IMG/VR virus record: IMGVR_UViG_3300036770_004099
Span: 1 to 50,601 of that record
Origin: a virus
Lineage: Duplodnaviria > Caudoviricetes
Direction: 5' to 3' (one strand)
Length of the DNA: 50,601 nt
A model generated the notes under the pieces. That model had not been told where the DNA came from. It saw only the letters and a program-made list of their open reading frames with translations, and searched no databases. The translations under genes and the position numbers were made by a program. This document shows positions 29,101-38,534 of this stretch, one piece after another; the first letter of the stretch is position 1, and each line of letters opens with the position of its first letter.

Positions 29101-32100
29101 CAGTAGACGGTGACGAAGATGATGTCGGATATCCTACCACTGTAGAACCCGCAACTTCATGGGTTTCTGCAGAATTACTCAGCGCCGGAACAGCGCTTGC
29201 CTCTGCGAGATCTGAAATCCAAACGCATTCGGTCAACTATATCAAGAGAGAATTTCCTGCATTGGTGTTTAATGATGCGACCTGCTCTCGAGATGTGGGA
29301 TTGATAGTTGATGCTTTAAAATACGATTTGATGTTTAATAGTAATTTTGCATCGATCAAAGCAGGTATGAGTTATCGTAGAGGTACCGAATCAGCACAAT
29401 TAGTAGTGGCAAATCAACTGGCAGCCACACAAACGATATTAGATTTTATCAGCAAGAAAGGTTCGGTGATCGTAGGAGACGGAGCTGCTAAGATAGCCGA
29501 TCTGTGTTGGGACGACATCGTCAGTTACGCAAACACAGGAACAAGACCTATCATAGTCGGTACTATGGATCCAACCACAGATATCGATCGATACAACGGT
29601 TCACAGATCTTGTTGCTCAACAAAGAATTTATCGTAGCAGAATCAAATGCCTATATAGATCAAACATTCCGAGCCACGGTAACAGCATCGACCGGCAGCA
29701 CCACAGACGAATTCACTTGTGGTTCTCAGACTTGGATGGTGGCTGGCGATACCGTGAGATTCTATGGCACAGTGTTTGGCGGAATCAGTCTTAATACCAC
29801 ATATTACATACTGTCCGCTGGTCTAACATCGACCACATTTAAAGTTAGCCTAACACCGGGAGGTCCAGCAGTCGATCTTTCAACAGATTCAGGATCTATG
29901 ACAGTGAAGTGGTACTATAATTCTGCCAGTTGCCAGAACGACGTAAGGAATTATGTCGAGGCTATCGCTCATGATTTGAAATACACAGGAAATTACAAGT
30001 CTGTGATGGCTGCGAGATTCTATAGAAATGCATTTACTGGTTCAAAATTAGAAGACATGTACTATGTAAGTCGAGGTTGTGGTATTCGTAATATGACTCT
30101 GTTAGGTCTAGACGGAACTTCGGACGGTAATACTGCAGGAGCAGGTGATCCGGACGGACTAACACCCGAAAACGAATACGGAACTCAGCGTCCTCTAGCA
30201 GGAGCATATGTATCTCTAAATCCTGGCTGGGGACCAAACGACGAATCAGTATGGGTCACAAATAGATCAACATACGTACAAAACGTTACTACCTTTGGTA
30301 CTGCCTGTGTAGGACAAAAAATCGACGGAAGCCTACACGCAGGCGGCGTTGACTCTATAGTTTCCAACGACTTCACTCAGGTTCTGAGTGACGGTATCGG
30401 AGCATGGATTTCTAATCTCGGTCGTGCAGAACTTGTTTCTGTGTTCTCTTATTACAACTATATCGGTTACCTAGCAGAGAACGGTGGTAAGATCCGTGCT
30501 ACCAACGGTAACAACTCTTACGGAACCTTTGGATCAGTATCCGAGGGCATCGATATCACTGAAGTACCAGTGACCGGACAGATTGATAATAGAGCAGACG
30601 AAGCCAATGTTAGGAATGTATTAACTGACGGCGATGATATCTTAATTTACGAGTTTGGAAATGCGGGTAATGAATATACATCTGCTACGATCAGCACTTC
30701 AGGCGCAGGATCAGGAGTCCAGACTCTTGTTAATGAATTCCGAGATGGTGGTGTATTCAACATCCGGATGACAGATCCCGGCGATTCTTCAGGAATCGGG
30801 GGAGAAGGATATATCACCGCTGAAAATCAGGCACAGAGCGGAAACACTACCCAAATAACATTGGCAGCAGCCGATGCTCGCAGCAGCACGGCCTATGTAG
30901 GAATGAGCATATATCTAGTTACTGGTACAGGTGCCGGACAATATGGATATATCAACACCTACAATGCGGGATCTAAAGTTGCCACAGTATACAAAGAAAG
31001 CACAGGAACACCGGGTTGGGATCACGTAGTTCCCGGAACACCCATCGAAGCGGCACTAGATGTTACCACAGCTTATGAAATAACGCCCAGAATTGTGATG
31101 TCTGCACCGCCCTTTACTAAAACGATCGCAGATATGACTGCTAACAGCAATTGGAGCGATGTGATTTTTGGTGACGGATACGGAGTTTATTCTTCCGTAT
31201 TTGCCACAGGCGGAACTGGTTCTTTAGCGAATTTTAACATCACTCGTAGATATGGTACATATACCGTAGAAGTTGCCCAAGGAGGGGCTCTATATACAGT
31301 AGGAGACACATTGACTGTGCTAGGAACTAGCCTAGGAGGTGTAAGCCCGGGCAACGACTTAACATTGACCGTGGCAACTGCTACTAATCCTAGTGGTGCG
31401 ATAACATCTGTTACTGTATCAGGTACTGCTGTTACTCCTAAGTACGTGGCTTTGGTCAACGGTAGCGTAACAGGAGCCTATTCGCTGGACGGAGTTACTT
31501 GGACTTCGATGACCATGCCTACTGCCACAGGCGGAGGTGGGGGCGAGCCAGACAATCAATGGATAGCCATCACTTATGATGTTTATCAAAATGTTGGTAG
31601 ATTTGTCGCAGTGGCCAAAGGAACATCAACTGCTGCATATTCGTTCGACGGAATCAACTGGACGGCAGTATCTCTGGGCGTAGTGGAAGATTGGATTGAC
31701 GTTGTTGGCGGCAATGGAACATTTGTTGCCATAGCAGAAAGCGATTCCAGCACTACATGGAGATCAACATCTACTAACGGTGGAGCAACATGGACTTCAG
31801 CCACTGTGGCCACTGGATCTAAAGCCATAGCCTATGGTGGTGGTAGATTTGTAATAATCGAAGGTAATTTTTCAAATTCTGTGGCCTGGAGCGCCAACGG
31901 AATTTCATGGACCGTGACCACACTGCCTGCCAACGATGATTCTACAGAATCTAACTGGATAGATGTAACCTACGGAAATAATAGGTTCGTTGCTATAGCA
32001 GACAGTTCTGCCATGGCAGCCTACTCATTCAATGGTGCTACTTGGTACAAGAGCAATCTACCAACGACCAGCGAGTGGAGTTCTATAGCCTACGGACAAG

Positions 32101-34547
32101 GAATATTCTATGTTACCAGTTTAGGAGACGATGCTGCTAGTTCCCCAGATGGTGTCACCTGGACTTTGCGAGATGGCAGTTTCTTGTCGTTGGACATAAC
32201 TAACACTAACGCCAATACTGTACCAGTCTCAGCCACTGCAAGAACATTGCCCAGCACCAGCACATGGCAAGATGTTTTATGGGATGGCAGCAAATTTGTT
32301 GCTGTCGGTTATACTAATGCAACAAGCCTTGGCGCATATGCGACCAGCACCGACGGAATTACATGGACAGGCGGTACTATCGCACAATCTGGTGGAAATC
32401 ACGAATACACATGCGTGGCCTATAATGGTACAAATCAATACATAGCCCTGATCGGAGGAAATGGCGGTACCAATGATATCGCTACTTCTACCGACGGAAC
32501 TACCTGGAGCACAGTGGCCAACGCCATGCCGGCCAACTCTTTCTGGAAACAGGTCATTTGGGACGGTGCAAAATATGTCGCTCTAAGAGCAGATAGTGCC
32601 AACGTGGCAACATCAAGCAACGGAACGACCTGGGCAGGATCAGTAGTCGCTGGCGGATCGTCAGATGCTACCGGCATAGCATTCGGAGCCATAGGTGCTA
32701 CCAATTACTATGTCATAGTCAGCGGAGGATCTGCAGGCAGCGATGTGGCTTCTTATTCGACCAATGGTACTTCTTGGACTTCTGGAAGCACATTGCCTAG
32801 TTCAGATCTATGGAGTTCTGTGGCTTATGGCAACAGTAGATTTGTCGCAGTAGCGGGAAACACCGGAACTGGTACTACTAAAGCAGCTTACAGCACCAAC
32901 GGAACTACATGGACGGCTGCGACGATGCCTGGTGCAGCCGCACGTTGGATCAAAGTGATCTATACTGGCACAGCATTCTTAGCATTTGCATACAACAGTA
33001 ATAGAACAGCCTATTCTACCGACGGTGCGACTTGGGTAGAAGGTCCTTCACAGAGTTCAACCGCCAACTGGTTCACCGCAGCATCAACAGGTAATACAAC
33101 ATACACTGTGGTCACATTGGCTACTAGCACGACCACTTCAGCATCTAGCATGGAATTCGCTATAGGCGTTAATTGGTTGACGACTTCCAGCACTACTACA
33201 GGAGTCAATGTAGGAGATCGCATTAGATTCATAAGAGATTCGGCAGGATCTGAGATATTTGGCGGAGTCAATACAGACACAGGTACCTATTATTTCGTTA
33301 AGAGCATATATGATTCTAGCCGTTTTAGTATTTCTGAAACCAACGGCGGATCTACATTTGTGCTTGGTTCTGGTACAGGCAGCATGTTGGCATTGACCAG
33401 CAAGAATTATGTATCATCAGCATTCGGCAACTATCAATCTAACCCAAGATGGGTCGTGATAGGCAGCGGCTCTCAAGGAGTCCTGAATATCCGCCAAGGT
33501 TGCAGAGCGAGAGGTCGTTGTTTTGTCACAGGTGAAGGATTGATCACTGAAATGTGGATACACGAACCAGGATCTGGATACGTGACTGCACCAACATTGA
33601 CCATCACCGATCCTAACAACACAGGACCTGATGCGACCACACAGGTAAGAATCGGCAATGGTGTCATAGCACAGCCCACATTCCTTAACAGAGGAAATCT
33701 TTACACAGCAGCCCAAGCGGAACTAACAGGTAATGGCTATGCTGATAACTATCAGGTAACAGCATTTGTATCATTCAAGAATCTAACTGGAGTTCCTAAA
33801 GCAGGTTCTAACGTGCAGATAGCAGGCATCGATGATATCTATTACAGATTGGTTAATGTGACCGGCCTTTTACCCAATCCTGACGGAACCTACAACGCTA
33901 CCTTGCAGTTAAGCCCCGCTATCGGATCAGCAGAAGCCCCTGAGCATGATTCTGCCACGACGATACGTAGACGTTACAGCCAAGTTCGATTGACAGGACA
34001 TGACTTCTTAGATATCGGCACTGGAAATTTCACAGAGTCTAACTATCCCGGATTACCACTGAACGATCCTATACCTGCTAATGAAACTAGAGTAGGTGGC
34101 GGAGGACGAGTGTTCTACACATCCACTGACCAAGATGGTAACTTCCGAGTTGGCGGTCTGTTCAACGTTGAACAGAGCACTGGAGTTGCGACACTGAATG
34201 CTGATGCGTTTAACATCGCAGGACTGAACGAACTATCATTAGGTTCTGTGGCGTTGGGCGGGTCTGGCGCGACGATTTCTGAATTTTCTACAGATCCATT
34301 CTTTACACAAGATTCAGACTCTGTAGTACCCACACAGCGGGCTATTAAAGCGTATATTACTAGCCAAATTGGTGGCGGTGGATCTAGTTTGAACGTTAAC
34401 ACCCTAACAGCCGGAGTGATTTATGTGGCAGGTCAGTCCATTAGCACTACGACAAATGTTCAAATTAACATAAATAGTAAGGTAAACTTCAAAGGTGGTA
34501 TTGCAGGTGATGCCCTTGTGTTAAATTACTTTTTACAAGCAAATTAA
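26121..34547 (+). CDS. Giant virion fibre/appendage protein (2808 aa), paralog of 20611
   Basis: Same MAEFKLGR start and domain order; extra C-x-R-D helical modules and a second propeller-repeat set. Confidence 0.8.
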   Translation: MAEFKLGRIRFVWKNDWVTGTAYYKDDIVAYGGRTYLCVAGHTAAADFYTDLDNVPTKWNQFSDGQDWKGDWTGTTLYKENDIVKYGGYVYICNNGHTSTSALEDNQSDWDLFAESFDWKSDWTTATVYKVNDVVKYGGLVYLCNTAHTSAATTSLGLEQDQSKWDLFSEGVDWKGAWTTSTRYKVGDLVKYGGTTYVCNQGHTSAATASSGLETDQSKWDYFNQGIDYKGTWVTATRYKVNDIVKYGAGTFICITQHTAAAAFATDTANWNQIVEGFEFEGDWLAGTVYQPGDVVRYGGNSYISKTNHTAVGGQVPPTQTLIWDLFAEGFRLQGDWAGGATEYKIGEIVRHGGFTYVAIADSQNQVPPNPTYWNKLNEGIDWQGDWTVATVYKLGDAVKYGPNSYICIQGHTATNGSDRPDNDGIGAYWNLLTAGNEETVLTTIGDLVYYSGSGPARLPIGEEGQVLTVSSGLPAWEYFGKIENVFYVGPNGTDSPAPIYGMTIDQPWATVRYACEQIDLGTEYPNASYLLRMNRSFIQREITEWVDYQITNNIGVFSGFTNDNEALCERDMGLILDAIIYDLTHTGNVKTIDATRTYFNTAGTALIPAIADEDEQLVAAINYGVTLIGNILANSAPAANYQALNGISASDRTLQIIDATYTAENGTLTICQDLAAIITDAVTAGNTSGVPPEDIPNYTINIKTGLYEEVLPIRVPSNTAIVGDELRSARVSPAGKLVGNNDKAKTIATLQHLQSITGDIVQNISVTPTSGNVETQDITSQNEGNAGSSTAVTRLQAGVAEIKDILTNGLGAVDAFTFGTPTNWGSSLTNVAYASTGNGSGATTGYDDARAQILANTAFIKAEITAWIAVQVAGSIAPFTAGFTYDAAACARDVEYILDAIRYDLTYGGNTQTMVAAKAYYSYGVATFGDGEKDETLAAYARLKTVLGEVITETAVSVSAGNAEVQDTSGTAGTTASKNFGEERIQDIIDVITVDGDEDDVGYPTTVEPATSWVSAELLSAGTALASARSEIQTHSVNYIKREFPALVFNDATCSRDVGLIVDALKYDLMFNSNFASIKAGMSYRRGTESAQLVVANQLAATQTILDFISKKGSVIVGDGAAKIADLCWDDIVSYANTGTRPIIVGTMDPTTDIDRYNGSQILLLNKEFIVAESNAYIDQTFRATVTASTGSTTDEFTCGSQTWMVAGDTVRFYGTVFGGISLNTTYYILSAGLTSTTFKVSLTPGGPAVDLSTDSGSMTVKWYYNSASCQNDVRNYVEAIAHDLKYTGNYKSVMAARFYRNAFTGSKLEDMYYVSRGCGIRNMTLLGLDGTSDGNTAGAGDPDGLTPENEYGTQRPLAGAYVSLNPGWGPNDESVWVTNRSTYVQNVTTFGTACVGQKIDGSLHAGGVDSIVSNDFTQVLSDGIGAWISNLGRAELVSVFSYYNYIGYLAENGGKIRATNGNNSYGTFGSVSEGIDITEVPVTGQIDNRADEANVRNVLTDGDDILIYEFGNAGNEYTSATISTSGAGSGVQTLVNEFRDGGVFNIRMTDPGDSSGIGGEGYITAENQAQSGNTTQITLAAADARSSTAYVGMSIYLVTGTGAGQYGYINTYNAGSKVATVYKESTGTPGWDHVVPGTPIEAALDVTTAYEITPRIVMSAPPFTKTIADMTANSNWSDVIFGDGYGVYSSVFATGGTGSLANFNITRRYGTYTVEVAQGGALYTVGDTLTVLGTSLGGVSPGNDLTLTVATATNPSGAITSVTVSGTAVTPKYVALVNGSVTGAYSLDGVTWTSMTMPTATGGGGGEPDNQWIAITYDVYQNVGRFVAVAKGTSTAAYSFDGINWTAVSLGVVEDWIDVVGGNGTFVAIAESDSSTTWRSTSTNGGATWTSATVATGSKAIAYGGGRFVIIEGNFSNSVAWSANGISWTVTTLPANDDSTESNWIDVTYGNNRFVAIADSSAMAAYSFNGATWYKSNLPTTSEWSSIAYGQGIFYVTSLGDDAASSPDGVTWTLRDGSFLSLDITNTNANTVPVSATARTLPSTSTWQDVLWDGSKFVAVGYTNATSLGAYATSTDGITWTGGTIAQSGGNHEYTCVAYNGTNQYIALIGGNGGTNDIATSTDGTTWSTVANAMPANSFWKQVIWDGAKYVALRADSANVATSSNGTTWAGSVVAGGSSDATGIAFGAIGATNYYVIVSGGSAGSDVASYSTNGTSWTSGSTLPSSDLWSSVAYGNSRFVAVAGNTGTGTTKAAYSTNGTTWTAATMPGAAARWIKVIYTGTAFLAFAYNSNRTAYSTDGATWVEGPSQSSTANWFTAASTGNTTYTVVTLATSTTTSASSMEFAIGVNWLTTSSTTTGVNVGDRIRFIRDSAGSEIFGGVNTDTGTYYFVKSIYDSSRFSISETNGGSTFVLGSGTGSMLALTSKNYVSSAFGNYQSNPRWVVIGSGSQGVLNIRQGCRARGRCFVTGEGLITEMWIHEPGSGYVTAPTLTITDPNNTGPDATTQVRIGNGVIAQPTFLNRGNLYTAAQAELTGNGYADNYQVTAFVSFKNLTGVPKAGSNVQIAGIDDIYYRLVNVTGLLPNPDGTYNATLQLSPAIGSAEAPEHDSATTIRRRYSQVRLTGHDFLDIGTGNFTESNYPGLPLNDPIPANETRVGGGGRVFYTSTDQDGNFRVGGLFNVEQSTGVATLNADAFNIAGLNELSLGSVALGGSGATISEFSTDPFFTQDSDSVVPTQRAIKAYITSQIGGGGSSLNVNTLTAGVIYVAGQSISTTTNVQININSKVNFKGGIAGDALVLNYFLQAN

Positions 34548-34560
34548 TGGAGAATTTTAA

Positions 34561-34881
34561 ATGGCAACAGGATTATTAGGTCAATCAGCACTGGCAGCAA
34601 CAACAAATACAACAGTGTATACCGTGCCTGCCACTACTTTTACGGTTTTGAGCTTGAACGTTTTAAATCGAGGAAGCACGGCAGTTTCAGTGAGAGTCGC
34701 ATTAGCCGCCGGGGCGAGCCCAACCAATGCGGAATATATCGAATATGATGTTCAGATTGGTTCTAACGGAGTGTTAGAAAGAACAGGTATTATGATGGAC
34801 GCTGGCAAACGTCTCGTAGTATATGCCAGCAATGCCAACGTGTCAGTGAATGCGTATGGCATAGAGACTTCAACAGTATAA
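34561..34881 (+). CDS. Small beta-sandwich fibre adaptor, paralog 3 (106 aa)
   Basis: TTVYTVP...LNVLNR...V.VRVA...YIEYD..I...GVLERTGI.MDAG..L.VYAS...YGIET. Confidence 0.7.
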   Translation: MATGLLGQSALAATTNTTVYTVPATTFTVLSLNVLNRGSTAVSVRVALAAGASPTNAEYIEYDVQIGSNGVLERTGIMMDAGKRLVVYASNANVSVNAYGIETSTV

Positions 34882-34895
34882 TTTAGGAGAACATA

Positions 34896-35222
34896 ATGGG
34901 ACGACAAGTATCATCTTTTGGAACCGATGCAGTATCAAACAGAACAGTGACAAGCACTGGTAATGTTTCTGCAGGCGAAAGAATATTCGCTAACGCGACC
35001 TCAGGTGCATTTACTCTAACTCTGCCACTTTCACCAGTAGAAGGTGATACTATCCAGATCATCGACGTTGCGGGTATTTTTGCTACCAACAACGTAACGA
35101 TCGCAAGGAACGGAGAGAAGATCCAGAACTTGACAGAAAATCTAGTTCTAGATATGAACAATGCAGCAGTTACTATGATTTATTCAGGTGCTACCTTTGG
35201 TTGGGTATTCATCGGACCATAA
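34896..35222 (+). CDS. Tail-fibre connector resembling a T4 gp34 proximal-fibre repeat (108 aa)
   Basis: AFTLTLP.SP..GDTI.IID..G.F..NN.TI.RNG.KI....ENL.LD......M.Y.....GW. Confidence 0.65.
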   Translation: MGRQVSSFGTDAVSNRTVTSTGNVSAGERIFANATSGAFTLTLPLSPVEGDTIQIIDVAGIFATNNVTIARNGEKIQNLTENLVLDMNNAAVTMIYSGATFGWVFIGP

Positions 35223-35234
35223 TAGGAAAATAAA

Positions 35235-36254
35235 ATGGCAAGACTTACTGATCTACTGACCACAAGAGAGATCACAGCCAACCAGAGCAATCTGGAGAAG
35301 GGTCGGATATACACCGTAATCACTGGTGGTATGTTCGCCTGTATCCGAGATGATTTTGGTTGGTGCTGGGCATCTCCTGGCTGTGGTGTTTTGGAAATAG
35401 AAATGTGGGGCGCGGCAGGTAGTGGATCTCGTATGTGCTGCTGCGGCAGCGGCCTACCAGGAAATGCCCCGGGATATTCGAGAAAATGTCTGGCTGTGTT
35501 CTGTAACTCAGCGATCTGCGCCTGTCCAGGTATGGCCTGTAACGCACACGATCTATGCTTTTCTGGATGCGGTGTACCGAGTTATCTGAGATGGTGTAAC
35601 GCCAGAGATATCTGCGGTTATTCAAACGGCTGTATGTGCGCACAGGGAGGTCGTGGAGGTACGTCTATCTGCTCGACCTCTACAGCCATGTACTGCTGTT
35701 TCGTAGCAGCCGGATTCTGCAACACGCTGTTCGGAAGTTCATGTGGTATCATCTGTAATCAATGTAACAACGGCCATATCGGCTGCGGTTATGGTGGCGA
35801 TACCAACTGCTGCGGCTGCATCAGTTATGTGCATTTCTTCTGCAACACAGGAAATCCAAGGCCCTGTTACATACATCAGTTCGTGGCCTACGCCCCGGGC
35901 ATATTCAGCGATCAAGGCGGAGTGATTTCGTCCCTGCCAGAAGAAGATCCGGAATTCACACAGTGGAGCGGTACAGGACTTTTACAGCATCAATATTCTC
36001 AGAACGCTCTGAGCCGCTCACCGGTTTCTGGTATATCTTGGATAACCTGTTATTCATCCACACAGAGTTGTGGTTGTTACGAAATGTATGGTTGCATACC
36101 GTTTAATTCCTACGGTGTCGGTGGTATTGGTTCATATCCCTGCCCTGATGTAAGAGATCATGGAAAACGAGGTGGCATGGGTGCCATTAGATTAACTTAC
36201 AGGGGAACAAACATGTACGGCCAAAACTGTGCTAAACTGGGAGGTATGTACTAA
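35235..36254 (+). CDS. Cys-rich glycine-rich-domain protein, paralog A (339 aa); putative fibre tip/adhesin
   Basis: EMWGAAGSG.RMCCCG.G.PGN..GY.RK; 36 Cys counted; ends GKRGGMGAIRLTY. Confidence 0.7.
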   Translation: MARLTDLLTTREITANQSNLEKGRIYTVITGGMFACIRDDFGWCWASPGCGVLEIEMWGAAGSGSRMCCCGSGLPGNAPGYSRKCLAVFCNSAICACPGMACNAHDLCFSGCGVPSYLRWCNARDICGYSNGCMCAQGGRGGTSICSTSTAMYCCFVAAGFCNTLFGSSCGIICNQCNNGHIGCGYGGDTNCCGCISYVHFFCNTGNPRPCYIHQFVAYAPGIFSDQGGVISSLPEEDPEFTQWSGTGLLQHQYSQNALSRSPVSGISWITCYSSTQSCGCYEMYGCIPFNSYGVGGIGSYPCPDVRDHGKRGGMGAIRLTYRGTNMYGQNCAKLGGMY

Positions 36255-36255
36255 T

Positions 36256-37485
36256 ATGGCAAAGTTATCATCATTGCTGGGCGGAAGAGAATTAGCCTTT
36301 GAAGATAATCTAGAAAAAGGTAGGATCTGGGTATATCAAGAAGGAACCATGTACACTGCTTTCTGCAACGGTTTCTGTTGGAGAGCGCCCGGAACAGGAT
36401 TCATACAGATCGATATGTGGGGTGCTGCTGGATCAGGAGCACAGATGTGCTGCTGCGGTGCGGGATTGCCAGGCAACGCCCCTGCTTATGTGAGAAAATG
36501 CGTCTGTGTGCAGTCAGGAAATTATGTCTGCGGTTATATCGGACGTTCCTGTAACAACTCATCGGCCCTGTGTTTTAGAGGTTGTTCTGAAGCGACCTGT
36601 GTCTGCTGGTTTGGATGTTCGCACAGCAATCTCAGCCAAGGCGGTCAAAGGGTAGATGAATATGACGACAAAGTTCCTTCTAATCCCTGGGGTTGGGGTT
36701 CCGGCGGTTCAGACGCGATCAGCACCGCGGACGGTCCCATACAGGGACGAGGCAATCGATCAAATCTATTAGGAGCCAATCAAGGCTGTATACTCTGCTG
36801 TGACACGGGCAGATGCTGCACGGCAGGAAGATTGGGTGGAGATTTTGTCAGAGGCTGTCTATGCGCACAGGGCGGCCGAGGCGGCATAAGTTTCTGTATG
36901 GATACCAAATCTCCTTATTCATGTTTCAGAACAGGTTATTTCTGCGGCACAGGTCTAGGCCCAGGTCATAACATGTGTGACACGGGTAACAGTGCCTGCG
37001 GCATCATCTGCAATTGGTGTCAAAACGGATACAACGTGGCCTGCGGTTATGGCGGCGACATCAACTGCTGCGGCCTATGGAGTTGTGTGTCATTCCAGTC
37101 CTGTTTACAAACTTGCCCATGTCAGTATCAATATCATGTGCCTACTGCTGCTGGTTTATTCGCAGAAGATGGCGGTACATTTACCTACACCAGTTACAGC
37201 GATGACAGTATCATGGGAGGTTGGTCGGGATCTTCACAGGCTGTGCATTTCAATGCCCTAAAATCTCTCAGCCGTTGGCCCAGCCACAATGAACATTTTA
37301 CCTGCTGGAATAATCAAAGGTCCTGCGGCTGCTATGAAATGCAGGGATGCATGAGTTTCATGCCCGTGGGCGTGCCTGGTGCTGCTCCACATCCCTGTCC
37401 TGGCGTGAGAGATCATGCTGGACGAGGTGGTATGGGCGCAGTTCGAATCAAATTTATACCGATCGCCGGCGGAAGCTCTTATTAA
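36256..37485 (+). CDS. Cys-rich protein, paralog B (409 aa)
   Basis: Start reassigned to ATG 36256 (SD GGAGG upstream; MAKL aligns with MARL/MANL); 40 Cys counted. Confidence 0.7.
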   Translation: MAKLSSLLGGRELAFEDNLEKGRIWVYQEGTMYTAFCNGFCWRAPGTGFIQIDMWGAAGSGAQMCCCGAGLPGNAPAYVRKCVCVQSGNYVCGYIGRSCNNSSALCFRGCSEATCVCWFGCSHSNLSQGGQRVDEYDDKVPSNPWGWGSGGSDAISTADGPIQGRGNRSNLLGANQGCILCCDTGRCCTAGRLGGDFVRGCLCAQGGRGGISFCMDTKSPYSCFRTGYFCGTGLGPGHNMCDTGNSACGIICNWCQNGYNVACGYGGDINCCGLWSCVSFQSCLQTCPCQYQYHVPTAAGLFAEDGGTFTYTSYSDDSIMGGWSGSSQAVHFNALKSLSRWPSHNEHFTCWNNQRSCGCYEMQGCMSFMPVGVPGAAPHPCPGVRDHAGRGGMGAVRIKFIPIAGGSSY

Positions 37486-37538
37486 CATGAACATAAACAG
37501 AATTTATTTTTCAACAACAGGAGGCGAGTCGTAATAAT

Positions 37539-38534
37539 ATGGCTAACTTAAAAACATTGGTAGAACAAAAACTAGACCAGATCGACTACGACGAAACCAA
37601 TCTAGAAAAAGGTCGTATTTGGAGTTACACTCCTGGTACAGAATACGCCAACTTCGTTAACGGATTTTGTTGGATCGCTTGCTGTCAAGGAAAAGTGATC
37701 CTAGACGTTTGGGGCTCAGGAGGATCTGGAGCGAGAATGTGCTGCTGCGGTATGGGAATTCCGGGAAATCCTGGAGCCTGGGCGAGAAAATGTATCTGTG
37801 TTAATGCAGGAGATTTTATCTGTGGATATGTAGGTCGTTCTTGCAACAACGCCGATACATTGTGTTTCAGAGGTTGTTCTGAAGCATCTTGTGTCTGTTG
37901 GTTTGGACGCAATCCCAATACCGGTGCGTGTGTAAACGGTTGCATCTGTACACAGGGAGGACGAGGTGGCGTGACATGGTGTTCTACCGGCACTGGAGGA
38001 TACTGCTGTTTCACCGCCGGTAACTACTGCAACACCAACTACGGTGGGTCACAAGGCATTATCTGTAACTACGGATCAGGCACAGGATCTTGCTGTGCGG
38101 AAGCCTATGGTGGAGATATCAACAAGCGCGGTGGATTCTCATGCGCCACGTTCTTCGGGACCAACGGCAGTTCCTGTCCTTGCGCCACGCACAATCACGT
38201 GGCTATACCCCCAGGCATGTTTGCCTGCGATGGAGGTGTGGTTACATTTACCCGCGATGCTGACAGCGGATTTGGCGAATGGTCAGGAATGGGTTTCCAT
38301 AATTTTATCTCCTCGCTAAACGCCATGAGCAGATCTCCTGCCAGAGGCAATCCTTGGACTGCCTGTTATTCTCAGCACACCAGAGCCTGCGGATGCTACG
38401 ATGTCACAGGATGCATGCCTTTTATTCCTCCTGGAATGGGAGGATTGCCTGCACAACCATGTCCCGATGTCAGAGATAACGGCTATAGAGGCGGTCTAGG
38501 ACTAATTAGAATTAACTTTATCGAGAGGATATAA
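37539..38534 (+). CDS. Cys-rich protein, paralog C (331 aa)
   Basis: NLEKGRIW, WGSGGSGARMCCCG, CGCY...GC.PF, PCPDVRD; 33 Cys counted. Confidence 0.7.
   Translation: MANLKTLVEQKLDQIDYDETNLEKGRIWSYTPGTEYANFVNGFCWIACCQGKVILDVWGSGGSGARMCCCGMGIPGNPGAWARKCICVNAGDFICGYVGRSCNNADTLCFRGCSEASCVCWFGRNPNTGACVNGCICTQGGRGGVTWCSTGTGGYCCFTAGNYCNTNYGGSQGIICNYGSGTGSCCAEAYGGDINKRGGFSCATFFGTNGSSCPCATHNHVAIPPGMFACDGGVVTFTRDADSGFGEWSGMGFHNFISSLNAMSRSPARGNPWTACYSQHTRACGCYDVTGCMPFIPPGMGGLPAQPCPDVRDNGYRGGLGLIRINFIERI

Noticed and set aside
27700-30030. Stand-alone photosynthesis auxiliary genes (cpc/apc)
   Set aside because: The C-x-R-D motifs are internal modules of virion proteins, not separate phycobiliprotein genes; no cyanobacterial host can be inferred from them.
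36229-36255. GTG 36229 start for paralog B; likewise the TTG starts at 14767 and 50312
   Set aside because: Downstream ATGs fit the SD/promoter positions and paralog alignment better.
35235-38534. Diversity-generating retroelement or codon reassignment as the cause of Cys richness
   Set aside because: No reverse transcriptase and no adenine-specific template/variable repeat pair are visible; many Cys positions align among the paralogs; other genes have normal Cys content and ordinary stop usage.
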